64,000 bases of DNA from contig CAVPRW010000042.1 in NCBI GenBank assembly GCA_963707985.1, positions 128,001-192,000 on the forward strand, in the 5' to 3' direction. Below the pieces are notes generated by a model. It was not told where the DNA came from and ran no database searches. It saw nothing but the letters and a program-made list of their open reading frames with translations. Origin of the DNA: an uncultured Nitrospinota bacterium (GTDB lineage Bacteria; Tectomicrobia; Entotheonellia; J063; CAVPRW01). The position numbers and the translations under genes are program-made. How positions within the stretch are numbered: position 1 is the first letter of the stretch; each line of letters begins with the position of its first letter. Positions 22,475 to 32,699 of the stretch are shown one piece after another.

Positions 22475-23674
22475 TTATAAGCCCAACATCGATACTGCCG
22501 TTCCGATCAACACCACCCAAATGATGTCGACCTTCAAGAGCAAGGCGGCCATTGCTGTGCTGGCCAGGAGGACCCGGAGGAGATCCCATGGGATATCTAA
22601 AGCAAAGCGAAGCGTAACCGTGGACATGAGCCCCACAGAAGAACACATGATGCCATCGATCGCTTGCTGAAAGGACACCGACCGCCGTAGCCTATCAAAA
22701 TAGGGCGCAATTCCCACCACAATCACGAAGGAAGGGAGAAAGACACTGACGGTGGCGATCATCCCTCCGACAACGCCATACAGCGAGTAGCCAACGAAGG
22801 TTGCAGTCATGACGATTGGCCCCGGAGTGATCTGCCCCAGCGCAATGCCGTCGAGGAACATGGAGGCATCCATCCACGAACGGGTCTCGACGATCTCGTG
22901 GAACATGAGCGGCACCGAGGCGAACCCTCCCCCAAAGGCAAAGAGGTCAATCCTGAACATGAGAATCGCAAGCTCGAACAGCCTACGTTCAACGCGGAAA
23001 AGGAGAGCACATGCCAACACCGCCAGCGCCACGAGCCACACAAGAGGCCGTGTCGAATGGAAATCTCTGGCTGCATCAACGGTCAGATCCGGGATCGATG
23101 GTCTGTGGGGTAGGGCAAACCCGAAAACAGCCGACAAGAGGATAACTGGGATGGGATGGATCCCCCATGCAAACATCCCCGCAGCTACCAAAGCGATGAT
23201 CACGTGCCTCCACTGTTTCAGCGAAGCTCTGCCAAAAGAGACAGTCGCATTCGCTACTATGGCCACAATGAGGACCTGAAGGCCGCGAAAGGCCGAGATC
23301 CCGGTCGGTAGATGAGACCAGCGTCCATAGAGAGCCGAGAGCATCATCATGAGCAGAAACGACGGGAGGCCAAAGCCGATGAAGCTCGCCGCTGCACCGG
23401 CCACACCCCGCACGCAGAAGCCGATATACGCGGATAGTTGCATGGCCGTGGCCCCAGGAATCGTTTGGCACAGCGCCACACCATCACGAACAGTCCCTTC
23501 ATCAAGCCATTTCCTGCGCTCAACGACGGTCATCCGGATATAGGCAATCATCGCCGGTCCGCCGAAGGCCGTCGCTCCCAATCGGAGAAATGCGCCGAAC
23601 AGGTGCACTAAGGGGAGGGACTGACTCACGTGTTGAACTGGCTGTGGGTGCGTGTCCGCCAACATCGCCTCCAT
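22475..23674 (-). CDS. chrA: Chromate ion transporter (CHR family, long chain)
   Basis: FLRLGATAFGGP, ALCQTIPGA, FAFGGGFAS, LGQITPGP; two-domain CHR architecture. Confidence 0.9.
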   Translation of the reverse strand: MEAMLADTHPQPVQHVSQSLPLVHLFGAFLRLGATAFGGPAMIAYIRMTVVERRKWLDEGTVRDGVALCQTIPGATAMQLSAYIGFCVRGVAGAAASFIGFGLPSFLLMMMLSALYGRWSHLPTGISAFRGLQVLIVAIVANATVSFGRASLKQWRHVIIALVAAGMFAWGIHPIPVILLSAVFGFALPHRPSIPDLTVDAARDFHSTRPLVWLVALAVLACALLFRVERRLFELAILMFRIDLFAFGGGFASVPLMFHEIVETRSWMDASMFLDGIALGQITPGPIVMTATFVGYSLYGVVGGMIATVSVFLPSFVIVVGIAPYFDRLRRSVSFQQAIDGIMCSSVGLMSTVTLRFALDIPWDLLRVLLASTAMAALLLKVDIIWVVLIGTAVSMLGL

Positions 23675-23727
23675 TGTGCGTGCCTGATCAGGCTGGTTAT
23701 TTCCCGATGGGCAAGGTCAAAATCGGC

Positions 23728-24578
23728 GGTAGTGCTACACAGGTAATGCTGCGGCGACCCTCGTGAGATTGTAGTAGCAAATGAAATACTTGATCGCACC
23801 GATGTGATGCGCCAGCTTCTTGGAGAACGAGAGGGTCTCACGTACCAGACGCGAGACACGCTGCCTCAGCGTGTTGTTGAAGCACTCGATGTGATTGGTT
23901 TTGCGGGCTTTCTTCGTGATGGCTTTGTGCCGATCCGCCGGAATCACTCCGTGATAGGTGTCGTATTGATCCGTATGGAACGTGGCCTGTTCGCGGTACA
24001 CCACGGAGATCTTGGCCCACAGCTCTTTGGCACTGTCACGACTGCGATCCCCAACATGAAACGCAATGATCCTGGCGGTGATCGGCGTCCATCGCGATCC
24101 AGATCCATTGCTTGTTCGCCTTTTTCTTCACAAAGCTCCACATCTCATCGGCTTCGGCTTCCAGCTGTCGAATCACCACGTCTGTTGGACGCGGTGGGAG
24201 CTCGGACATGTAAGTCATCGGGACAGGCCGCAAAGCGCTCCACCATAAAGTGCAAGAGCCAGGTGAGGCTGACGCCCACGGCACGGCAGATCCCACGCAG
24301 CGAGATGCGCTCGCGCAGCAGGTGTTCAATCAGGGTGCGCTGCTCATCCGCAATGATACGGTCTTCGGCCGTGGCCACAAACTGGCGCTCACACGCTTGA
24401 CACTGATGATTCTGCTTCCCATGGCGGGTATGACCATTTTTCTTGTACCGGGTCGATCCACACTCTGGGCACGCCTCTCTGACGACCATGGCTGCTGTTG
24501 GTCTCCCTGCTTTCGGGTCTGTTTTTGACCAACAGTAGCACGGAATTGAGTCGCGAGCATTACCTGTGTAGCACTACC
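23728..24578 (-). mobile_element. IS1-family element (InsA/InsB, frameshifted)
   Basis: Perfect 23-bp TIR ggtagtgctacacaggtaatgct; CPECGS..KKNG..HGKQNHQC, EADEMWSFV, IECFNNTLRQRVSRLVR. Confidence 0.9.
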
Positions 24579-25387
24579 CGCATGCTTACGTGGTTACAGA
24601 TGAGTTGGAATCCGCTCCGCTCCGCGTTGCGGCCTGAGCTGCTGCCGGGATCAGCGGTGACGATCGCCAACTCACACCCGGCATCGGCGGCGACCGCCAG
24701 CCGGGCCTCGATCAACGCCCGCTGCACCCCCCGACGGCGAAAGGCCGGGAGCGTAGCGGCGCCTCCGAGCACTGCGGCCTCACCGACGACCATCACGCTC
24801 GCCGCGCCCACGGGCTGGCGGTTGAGCAGGGCGATGAGGGCGGTCACCCTGGACCGCGAGCGGACCATCTGGTTCCAGATGATCACCCGGTTGCGGTCAG
24901 CGTCATGCGTGTACTCAAAGCCGTCGAGCAGGATCGTGGACCAGTCCGTGGCCGTGGACTCATCGACCTTGTGCACCTCCGCCGCGATGGCATGCGCCTC
25001 TTGTCTGCTCGCATTAGCATGGCGGCGTGGGAGAGCCTGGGCATAAATGTTCCGAAAACGGACCAGTTGGTAACCGCGCTGGCCGAGCAACCGCAGCAGG
25101 GAACGATCGACCATGGAGGCGATCTCGATCTCTGACGGCACACCTTGGGCGGCATAGAAGGTCTCGACGCACTCCACGTCGTCGCGACTGACGGGCCCGT
25201 GCAGTCCCATGGCCATGGCTCGGTTCGAGAAGAAGCCAGTACCAGTAAAGATGGCGCGACCTCCAGCCACGGGGAGCCAGCACGCCCTCGACTCTGGGTA
25301 GCAAGCCGCCATCCCCTCGGCAAACGTGCTGCGCTCTGCGGCGATGGCGGCCTCGATCCTCTGGAGGAGTGCGCGGTCAACAATCAT
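24560..25387 (-). CDS. GNAT-family N-acetyltransferase
   Basis: ATLPAFRRRGVQRALI acetyl-CoA motif; PGSSSGRNAERSGF. Confidence 0.85.
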   Translation of the reverse strand: MIVDRALLQRIEAAIAAERSTFAEGMAACYPESRACWLPVAGGRAIFTGTGFFSNRAMAMGLHGPVSRDDVECVETFYAAQGVPSEIEIASMVDRSLLRLLGQRGYQLVRFRNIYAQALPRRHANASRQEAHAIAAEVHKVDESTATDWSTILLDGFEYTHDADRNRVIIWNQMVRSRSRVTALIALLNRQPVGAASVMVVGEAAVLGGAATLPAFRRRGVQRALIEARLAVAADAGCELAIVTADPGSSSGRNAERSGFQLICNHVSMRVVLHR

Positions 25388-25515
25388 CGGCGTGCCTCCA
25401 TTATGTCATCCACATGAGTCGCGAGCCTCGTCACGTTGGACCACGGCCGTCGCTGCGCACGGGCGACTCCCCTCTCCAAACCGCGTCATCATTGACTCTG
25501 TTGGTTAACTCACCC

Positions 25516-25800
25516 TTAACAGAGCACTGTCTGGCGTGACAAGGGATGAGGGGCCAACTGGGCCAAGTGGCCCGGCTTCCGCCGACGCTCCCCCAACGGT
25601 TCACCCCAGAGCCAAGCGATCACCCGCACCACATGCATGGCCGCGGCGGTGAGGAGGTGCTGGAGGCGCGTGCGCGCTAAGCCGATGTCGCGACTCTGAC
25701 GCAGATCAAAGCGCCGGATGCCTTGCGAGAGGCTACTCTCCACCCCAGACCGTCACGCATATTGGGCTTTGAACTCGGACCTCCAGTAGTAGACGGACGA
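25516..25800 (-). mobile_element. Transposase C-terminal remnant (IS1182-like)
   Basis: ESSLSQGIRRFDLRQSR.IGLARTRLQHLLTAAA. Confidence 0.65.
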
Positions 25801-25974
25801 TTTTTAGCGGTGAGGGGTGGGCATCTCTGCGATCGACCTTGTAAACGGCATAGAACACAAAGCGTTACCCAATTCACTGATCATTTAAGATTTCGTAAAT
25901 GATCGGCTCTTCCGCGAGAAAAAGGCTTTAATTTTACAGGCCGAAACGGAGCGGATTGCCGCCACCCTTTTTGA

Positions 25975-26390
25975 TCACCTGGCGACGCAAGGGCAGTAAA
26001 GATAGGGGCTGCAGGGCTCACAGTAAATTTTCCGCCCGTTACGCCTGGAGCCCCTAATAGCGCATCGCGGGCCACCTCCGGGCGCAGAGAGCGGTAGCGC
26101 AAAACGACGTGAGGGAGCACGGTGAATACCGCTTTGCACGTGGTGCACTAGAGACGCCAGATGGTGACCCCGCCCAGCCGGACACGCGCATCGTGCGAGT
26201 GACGTGTCAGACACCCGCCCCCCTGACAGGTGACCTTGTGTGTGCGTTGAAAGCCGATGGACATGAGGAAAGCGATGACACACTCGACGAATGCCTTACC
26301 GTCCTTGAGAAGGCAGACGTAGGTCGATTCGTTACGAAAATCGATGGTGACGGTCCGATTTTGCCGAGTCGGTTTGGCGGCTGTGCCCAT
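25975..26390 (-). mobile_element. Probable transposase N-terminal remnant
   Basis: Frameshifted MGTAAKPTRQNRTVTIDF...HKVTCQGGGCLTRHSH...VLPHVVLRYR, truncated, lying among other IS debris. Confidence 0.45.
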
Positions 26391-26490
26391 GTGTCACCCC
26401 CGTGTCAGCCGGTCTCGTCAGCTTATGAGACACCATGGGGGTCACGCATTGACATCTCAAGCCCATCGTGAAAGGCATAGGGCTTCACCA

Positions 26491-27543
26491 CTAAATCCGG
26501 GGGAATGTGGTGATTTCCGTTCGTCCGACATCCATGCTAGCCCGTTGGCATCCACACGAGCGGCGATCGATCAGAGCGGGAGGGAGTTTGCGAATCTCTG
26601 GCGGTAATGGCTGTCGGCGACGAATCGCTTCCATCAGCAACTGCACCGCTGTGGCGGCGATCATCCTGGTCGGCTGGGCGATACAGGTCACCGGGGGGTT
26701 CGTCACCGCGGCCCACTGATGTTCGCTGAATCCCACCAGCGCCACCTCCTCAGGACAGGACTGGCCGAGGTTCAGAAACGTGGCGAGGGCAGCCAGCGTT
26801 TGCATGGAGCCGAAGGTAAAGAAGGCATCCGGCGGCCGCTTGAGACGTAACAGGCTTGCCACCGCTTCCACGGTGCTGTCGAAGGGCAGCGCCCCCTCAA
26901 CGACCCACCGACCTTCTAGCCGCAACCCAGCAGTTTTGAGGGCTTTGCGATAGCCTTGCAGGCGATCAGCCGTCACCGACAGGCCTTTGCCCGTCAGCAC
27001 GGCGGCGATCCTCCGCCGCCCAGCCTCGATGAGATGAGAGACCCCCAAGACCGCACCAGTCTCGTTGTCGGTCACCACCGCGGGGATCGGGAGCGTGCGG
27101 ATATAACGGCTGAGAAACACGATGGGGAGTGGCTTCTGCAACAACGGCTTCAGAAAGGTGTGATCGCCGGCGCTGGGGATGAGGAGCAGTCCATCTACCA
27201 GGCGCGACTGCAAAAGCGAGACAAAGGCGTGCTCCTTGTCGAGCGCCTCATCGCTCTGACAGACAAAGACCTGATAGCCCAGCGCAGCGCTCTCCGCCTC
27301 CACGGCCTTGGTCACCTCGGCAAAGAAGGGGTTAGCGATATCCGGCAGAATAAGGCCAATGGCACGCGTCTGGTGCGAGCGTAAGCCACGGGCCAAAACG
27401 TTGGGCTCATAGTTGAGGGCTTCGGCTGCCTGTAGCACCCGCCGTGTCAATTGCTTGCTGACAAAGCGGGTCCCGTTCAGCACATGGGACACCGTGGCCA
27501 CGGAGACCCCCGCCTGCCGCGCCACATTCACAATGGTGGCCAT
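26491..27543 (-). CDS. LacI-family transcriptional regulator
   Basis: MATIVNVARQAGVSVATVSHVLN HTH, YEPNVLARGL hinge, IANPFFAEV. Confidence 0.93.
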   Translation of the reverse strand: MATIVNVARQAGVSVATVSHVLNGTRFVSKQLTRRVLQAAEALNYEPNVLARGLRSHQTRAIGLILPDIANPFFAEVTKAVEAESAALGYQVFVCQSDEALDKEHAFVSLLQSRLVDGLLLIPSAGDHTFLKPLLQKPLPIVFLSRYIRTLPIPAVVTDNETGAVLGVSHLIEAGRRRIAAVLTGKGLSVTADRLQGYRKALKTAGLRLEGRWVVEGALPFDSTVEAVASLLRLKRPPDAFFTFGSMQTLAALATFLNLGQSCPEEVALVGFSEHQWAAVTNPPVTCIAQPTRMIAATAVQLLMEAIRRRQPLPPEIRKLPPALIDRRSCGCQRASMDVGRTEITTFPRI

Positions 27544-27572
27544 CAGAGCAACTCCTCCCGCGATTGTGAGCA

Positions 27573-27620
27573 AAAAACGTTTACGCAAACGTTTCTATCA
27601 CATTTCTCTGTGCCCGTCAA
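27573..27620 (-). promoter_or_regulatory. Sigma70-like promoter with overlapping tandem LacI-type operator upstream of the LacI gene
   Basis: TTGACG-17 nt-TAGAAA, overlapped by GAAACGTTTGCGTAAACGTTTT. Confidence 0.7.
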
Positions 27621-27689
27621 GGCACTTACTGTTGTGCTCTCTTCACCTCTAGGTAACCTTTCAGTCTCAGGTGGGACCTTCTGGGAAAA

Positions 27690-28950
27690 GCAGCGACCAT
27701 GGGGCTTGATGGAGATCATCGGCGAGTTGGTCCAGCACCCCCTTGAGGTGGGCACGACGTCGCGCCCCCGCTTCTTGAGGATATGCAGCACCGACATCAG
27801 CACGCCACGGGTGTGGGCCCCAGCGTCCGACTACGAACCGCAGCTGACCTTGCGGGCGATGACCGTGGGCCGCAGATCGCGTGCGGCGAGGTGGTTCTCG
27901 GCCGGAATCCGCCGATTATCGGCCCAATGATCGAGGCGGTCGCCGTTGACCCGGCGAATCTCTTGGATACGCCGGATGCCCAAGTGGTGCGCCGGCGCCT
28001 CCAGGCTCGTCATGCGCGGTGCGCGCGTAGTCCCATCGCCAGGGAGCGCTGTGGCGCCACCGTACTGACAAAGGCCGTCACCTCGGCTGTCTCGGGGAAC
28101 TCTTGTGCGAGGGCTTGGACCTCGCGCCACAGGTGGCTCTAGCCGTACTGGATGGTGCAGGGGGCATTGTGATAGCCGCCGTAGCGGTCGACGACCAGAC
28201 CGCCGGGCAGCCATGGCGTGCTGAAGACCTGCTGGGGCACGCTGGCCGCTCGGGTCTGGCGGAACAGGAACCGGCTGAGCCGCGGGGTGGCGAACCGCCA
28301 GGCATCGCCATGAGGCCCACGCGTCCGCCAGGCGGTCTCGTCGGTGTGTTTGACGGAGGCCTGGCGGTATGCCTGGATCAGCCGGTCTGGAATACCGGCA
28401 AACACGAGGGCCATGCGGTGGAAGACCTCCGCTATGCTCCCTAGGCCCAAGCCCGTCTGTTCGCAGACGCGCCCCCGGGGGATACCGTGCAAATCATGCA
28501 GCGTCGTCGTCGCGATGAGTCGGTTACCATAGAGGCTTCGGGGCAAGAGCGCGGGGGCCATACCGCTTGGGCAGCTGGTAGAGGACGCGCTCGGCTTTCA
28601 CCGGGTGACTTTCGAAGACCACCCGGCTGTCCGTCCCCTTGTCTTTCAACAGGGCGTCACAGTCGGGGCAGCGGTCGCCCCCGACGGGCGGAAGGTCCAC
28701 TCCCCGTGCCGCTTGACTGGCGTCGAAGGTGTGACGTCCCACCCCGAGGTGCCCCGGCCGTGCACCTTTGCGCGTGGGGGCTTTGGGTTGAGGGGTGCTG
28801 GCTTCGACTTGCCGTTTGGCCGACGGGGTCGCGGAGCCGAAAAACCCCTCGGTCGCCTGCCGTTCCTGGTAGCGCAGCTGTTGCTTCAGGCCCTAGAGTT
28901 CCTCAGCCAGCCGATCGAGTTCCCGTGGCTTCTTCAGACACTCAGCACAC
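27690..28950 (-). mobile_element. IS66-like transposase pseudogene
   Basis: Coiled-coil N-terminus, CPDC, LPRSLYGNRL, HTDETAWR, VVDRYGGY; many disruptions. Confidence 0.7.
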
Positions 28951-29280
28951 ACATTAATGGCCATCGCCCCCCCGCCAGAATACCAGTTGTGAGCCACAGG
29001 GCGGTGGCCACCCAGGAATGACTGCCCCACGCCCTCATGGCGCGCAGACCAGCAGCGCCATGGGCCAGGATTCGCGAGGGCCAGAGCAAGCCTCGAGCCC
29101 CAAATGTCAATGAAGGCGGGGAACAGCTTAAGCTAAAACTGCAGGGGGAGCATGGATGACGGCGCCAGCCGATGCACAACTTCCCACTACGCGGCGCCAC
29201 AGCGGAAAGATCCGCTGTGTTCCACCTGGCCACCCGTCACTGAAGGATTACACCTCCAGGCAGAAAACAGTAACATCGTG

Positions 29281-29622
29281 ATGCGGGTGGTTGTCCCCTG
29301 TCTGGTCAGTCTCGTAGGCGACGGTCTCGCCGCCATGCCCTCCTCGCAACCAGTGTCACAGGCACCTGGGTCTCTCCAGCCGGGATGGCGTAGGGCAAGC
29401 ACGGCGGCATCCTGAAACTGGTCACCAAGGCCGACCCCGACCACTGGGACCTCCACCAGTCGTGCTGCAATCCCAGTCCTGGCGCCGCTCGCGATCTGTT
29501 TAACACTCTGGTAATGTATAACCCCGTCAAGCCCGATGAAATCATCGGCGATCTGGCACAGTGCTGGGAGGTGAGCGCCGATGGCATGCGCTACACCTTT
29601 TATCTGCACGAGGCTCAGTAGT
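29281..29622 (+). pseudogene. N-terminal remnant of a family-5 ABC substrate-binding protein, cut by IS6
   Basis: Signal peptide, internal TAG, then GGILKLVTKADPDHWDLHQS...IIGDLAQCWEVSADGMRYTFYLHE. Confidence 0.75.
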
Positions 29623-30400
29623 GGTTCTGTCAAATTTCATTTCACCCAGGTTTCCCCAAACCGAGCATGTAGACTCCTCCTTCTGAGGGGAGGATGCGTA
29701 TGACGTGGCCGGACTGTGAGTCCACCGCCACCACCGAACACTTGGATCGCACCGAACTCGGTTATCGCCGTTTCCGCTGTCGCCACGGCCGCCGTGTCTT
29801 TAATGAACGGACAAGGACACCGTTCAATCCTCTTCAATATCCTACAGATATGGTATGCCTGGTGGTCTTTTGGTGCTTGCGCTACAAATTGAGTCTGCGA
29901 GACCTCGCCGAGATGTTTCTCCAGCGGGGCATCGTGTTCACGCATGCAGCCATGCGGGACTGGGAAGGAAAGCTGGTACCCTGCTGATCGATATTCTTCG
30001 CAGGAAGCGCCGTGGACGAGACCTATGTGCGTGTCCAGGGCCAGTGGTGGTACCTCTACCGCGCCATTCGGAACGTCTTTGGGGACCGCGTCACGCACCG
30101 GACGAACCGCCCTCTCAATAACCATCTGGAGCAGGACCATCGGGGTATCAAACAACGCTATCGACTCATGTATGGCCTCAAACCCTTCGACAATGCTGTG
30201 CGCTTCTGCCGTCTCTTCGATGAGATCCGCGCCTCTCTGCGGCCGCTGTCCCGGCGCAATCAAGCGCTCTCACTCATGCAGCGACGGGACATCCATCGGG
30301 CGATTTGCTTAATTGCTGGGGATGATCGCGGCCGCGTAACCCGAGTCCCACCAGTTTACGAATGTCCTCTGACCTCTATCGCGCGAGAGTTGATAGAACC
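29623..30400 (+). mobile_element. IS6-family element, degenerate and internally deleted
   Basis: Ends ggttctgtcaa / ttgatagaacc; RYKLSLRDLAEMF, DETYVRVQGQWWYLYRAI, LNNHLEQDHRGIKQRY. Confidence 0.85.
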
Positions 30401-30548
30401 TCTCATCCAGCCAGCCGGGGACGGCCAGCAGCGCCCACATATGCTGCGCGACCGCCTGCGCCTGGGCCCGTGGATCCGTAGTGGACACGAAGACCTGCCG
30501 CACGTCGGTCAGGAACCGGTCCAGCGTGTAAGTCGCTGTCTGGGGCAT
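30401..30548 (-). pseudogene. N-terminal remnant of a thiol-dioxygenase-like cupin, truncated by IS6
   Basis: TYTLDRFLTDVR...LLAVPGWLDE resembles the N-termini at 34489 (TYALEEFVHDM) and 43930 (LLERPNWLDER); GGAGG RBS. Confidence 0.6.
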
Positions 30549-30578
30549 CAGGCACCTCCCGGCCGGCGTTTGGCATCA

Positions 30579-30593
30579 TGGAATTGATTTCCA
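30579..30593. promoter_or_regulatory. IclR-type operator palindrome
   Basis: TGGAATTGATTTCCA, one mismatch from the IclR box TGGAAATNATTTCCA; an IclR remnant lies adjacent. Confidence 0.5.
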
Positions 30594-30849
30594 ACATGCG
30601 AGCGGATCGCATTGTTTCCAGAGGGCTGGTGCAAGCTTTTTCTCCTGACGCGCTCCCCACGGGTCCGAGACGTATGCGGGGGAGGCGTGAGTCCCAGGTT
30701 CCCCACTGCGACCGCCTTGGGTCCAATCAATCGAGGGGCGCATTGACTTCCGAGATTTCAAATAGTAGGATTCCATCCCAGCATGTGAAACATGCTTTGC
30801 CATTTCGGGGACCAGTGTCAACAGGAGAAGTCTTTATACCAGGAAACAC

Positions 30850-31013
30850 AGCCCGCCCCCATCTTTCCAGACCGGCGCGGATGGCCTCTCACGGCCTTCA
30901 GCGTGAGTGGGCCGACGCAGCGCCTCGCTGCCGGAGGACTCAAGGAATTGAGGGGGCAAGTCATCAAGGTGGCGCAACGGATCTCCACCATGCTGGGTTA
31001 CACGCCAGCATGA
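30850..31013 (+). pseudogene. C-terminal remnant of an IclR-family regulator
   Basis: APIF.DRRG.PLTAFSVSGPTQRL...VIKVAQRISTMLGY; no HTH domain upstream. Confidence 0.7.
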
Positions 31014-31269
31014 CCATAATGTTCAGATACCCGGCAAGGGGGCGACAGCGCACATGACTCGCCGCCAGGGGGTGCCAGCCCTGTGCACCCCACCTCCAGG
31101 CCGGGAGGCGCGGAGCGCAGGTGGGATGGGCAGCGACCCACCACCGGGGGGAAGCGCCGCTGTCGAGAGGCGGTTGTCATCGACGAATTGATCACACTCC
31201 TGCATGGAAACTCTCCAGTGTGGTCCGTCCCCGACTGGAGGTCCTAGAAGCGCACGACAGGAGGGCAAG

Positions 31270-32673
31270 ATGGCCTATACAGATACCATGGGTTACGTCG
31301 TTTCTACCACGTCGTCAGAGGCGTTAGCCGCGTATGAACAGGGGGTGAGCCTCTGGCTGCGCCAGCGTAGCGGGGCTGTTGAGGCCCTGGATCATGCGGT
31401 TGCGGTGGATCCGCATTTTTCCCTCGCGCATTGCACGCGAGCCTATGTGGCCTGGCGCGCGGGCAAGGTCGAAGACGCCTTGGCCGCCCATCGGCAGGCC
31501 ATGGCACGAGCGGACGACGCTCATGATGAGCGGGAACGCCTCCATCTTCACACGGTGGATGCCATGCGATGGTGTGACGGTGCTGCGGCTCTCCACCACT
31601 TGGAACAGCTTGCCGAGCAGTATCCCATGGACCGCATGGCCATGCGTCTCCTCAGCTTGAACTATCTCGCCCGGGGCGATTACCAGCGCGGCGTGATGCA
31701 GGCGCGGCGTAGCCTCAACGCCTGCCCGGATGATCCGCAGTTCCTGACCATGCTGGCGTTTTTCTTAGAGCAATCGAATGAGGACCCCGATGTAGGGTTA
31801 GCACTCGGGTTACAAGCGCTGGAGGCAGACCCGGGGAATCTCTACACCTATCACGCCGTGGGCCATAATTACCAGGCGCGCGGCGATTACTGCAAGGCGC
31901 TCGCCACATTCGAACGCGCCAATTCGCTCGAGCGTTATCCCCATAACCTCTGGCACTTGGCCGAGGTGCACGCCATCCTGGGCGACACGCGGATGACGCA
32001 GGACTATTGGCGCTCACTCGCTCCTGCTTTACCCCTGTTTGAGCGCATTGAACTCCAGTGGCGCCTGGAGAGGGTTCGCCACGAGTCGGTGTCAGCGTCC
32101 GTCTGGAAGGAGTTGGCGGCGCAAAGCGAGCAGTTGCTGGAGATGGCGGACTACCTGACGATCTGGATGCATCACTGGATTGGCCTGGCCTGTGCGCGTG
32201 CTGGGGAAACAGCCAAGGCGCAGCAGCAGCTCGATCGACTTCGCAGCCTCCCCGAGGGGCGCCCAAGCGGCTTCTGGTCGACCCTCGGGGCGGATGTGCT
32301 CGCAGGTGAAATGGCGCTCATGCGGGGCGATGTTGACACCGCTGTGCAGCTGATGACCCCCATGGGGCAGTGTATCCACGACATGGGCGGCGGGAGTCGA
32401 GAGCAAAAAGACATTTTTCAAGACGTCCTGTTGGAACTGCAACGGCACCTCGGGCATGCCGAGGCGGTGATCGAGCTGGCGCAGCGACGCTTACAGCGCA
32501 ACCCCAACCACTTCCAGTCGTTGGCGGCGCTGGCCTGGGCTTATGCGCAGACCGGGAACACGTCTCTGCAACAGCAAACCTACCAAGAGATCATGCACAG
32601 GGCTGCGCAGATGCCGGTGTCTGCGCAAGTGCCGGCGTTGGTCGAAGCCCGTGAGGCGTTGCAGACAACCTAA
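31270..32673 (+). CDS. Tetratricopeptide-repeat protein (TTC38-like)
   Basis: Helical repeats; YHAVGH and GGGSREQKDIF, like the TTC38 GGSxAQRD motif. Confidence 0.75.
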   Translation: MAYTDTMGYVVSTTSSEALAAYEQGVSLWLRQRSGAVEALDHAVAVDPHFSLAHCTRAYVAWRAGKVEDALAAHRQAMARADDAHDERERLHLHTVDAMRWCDGAAALHHLEQLAEQYPMDRMAMRLLSLNYLARGDYQRGVMQARRSLNACPDDPQFLTMLAFFLEQSNEDPDVGLALGLQALEADPGNLYTYHAVGHNYQARGDYCKALATFERANSLERYPHNLWHLAEVHAILGDTRMTQDYWRSLAPALPLFERIELQWRLERVRHESVSASVWKELAAQSEQLLEMADYLTIWMHHWIGLACARAGETAKAQQQLDRLRSLPEGRPSGFWSTLGADVLAGEMALMRGDVDTAVQLMTPMGQCIHDMGGGSREQKDIFQDVLLELQRHLGHAEAVIELAQRRLQRNPNHFQSLAALAWAYAQTGNTSLQQQTYQEIMHRAAQMPVSAQVPALVEAREALQTT

Positions 32674-32699
32674 ACAACACGAGAATGGAGGGGAGAGCG

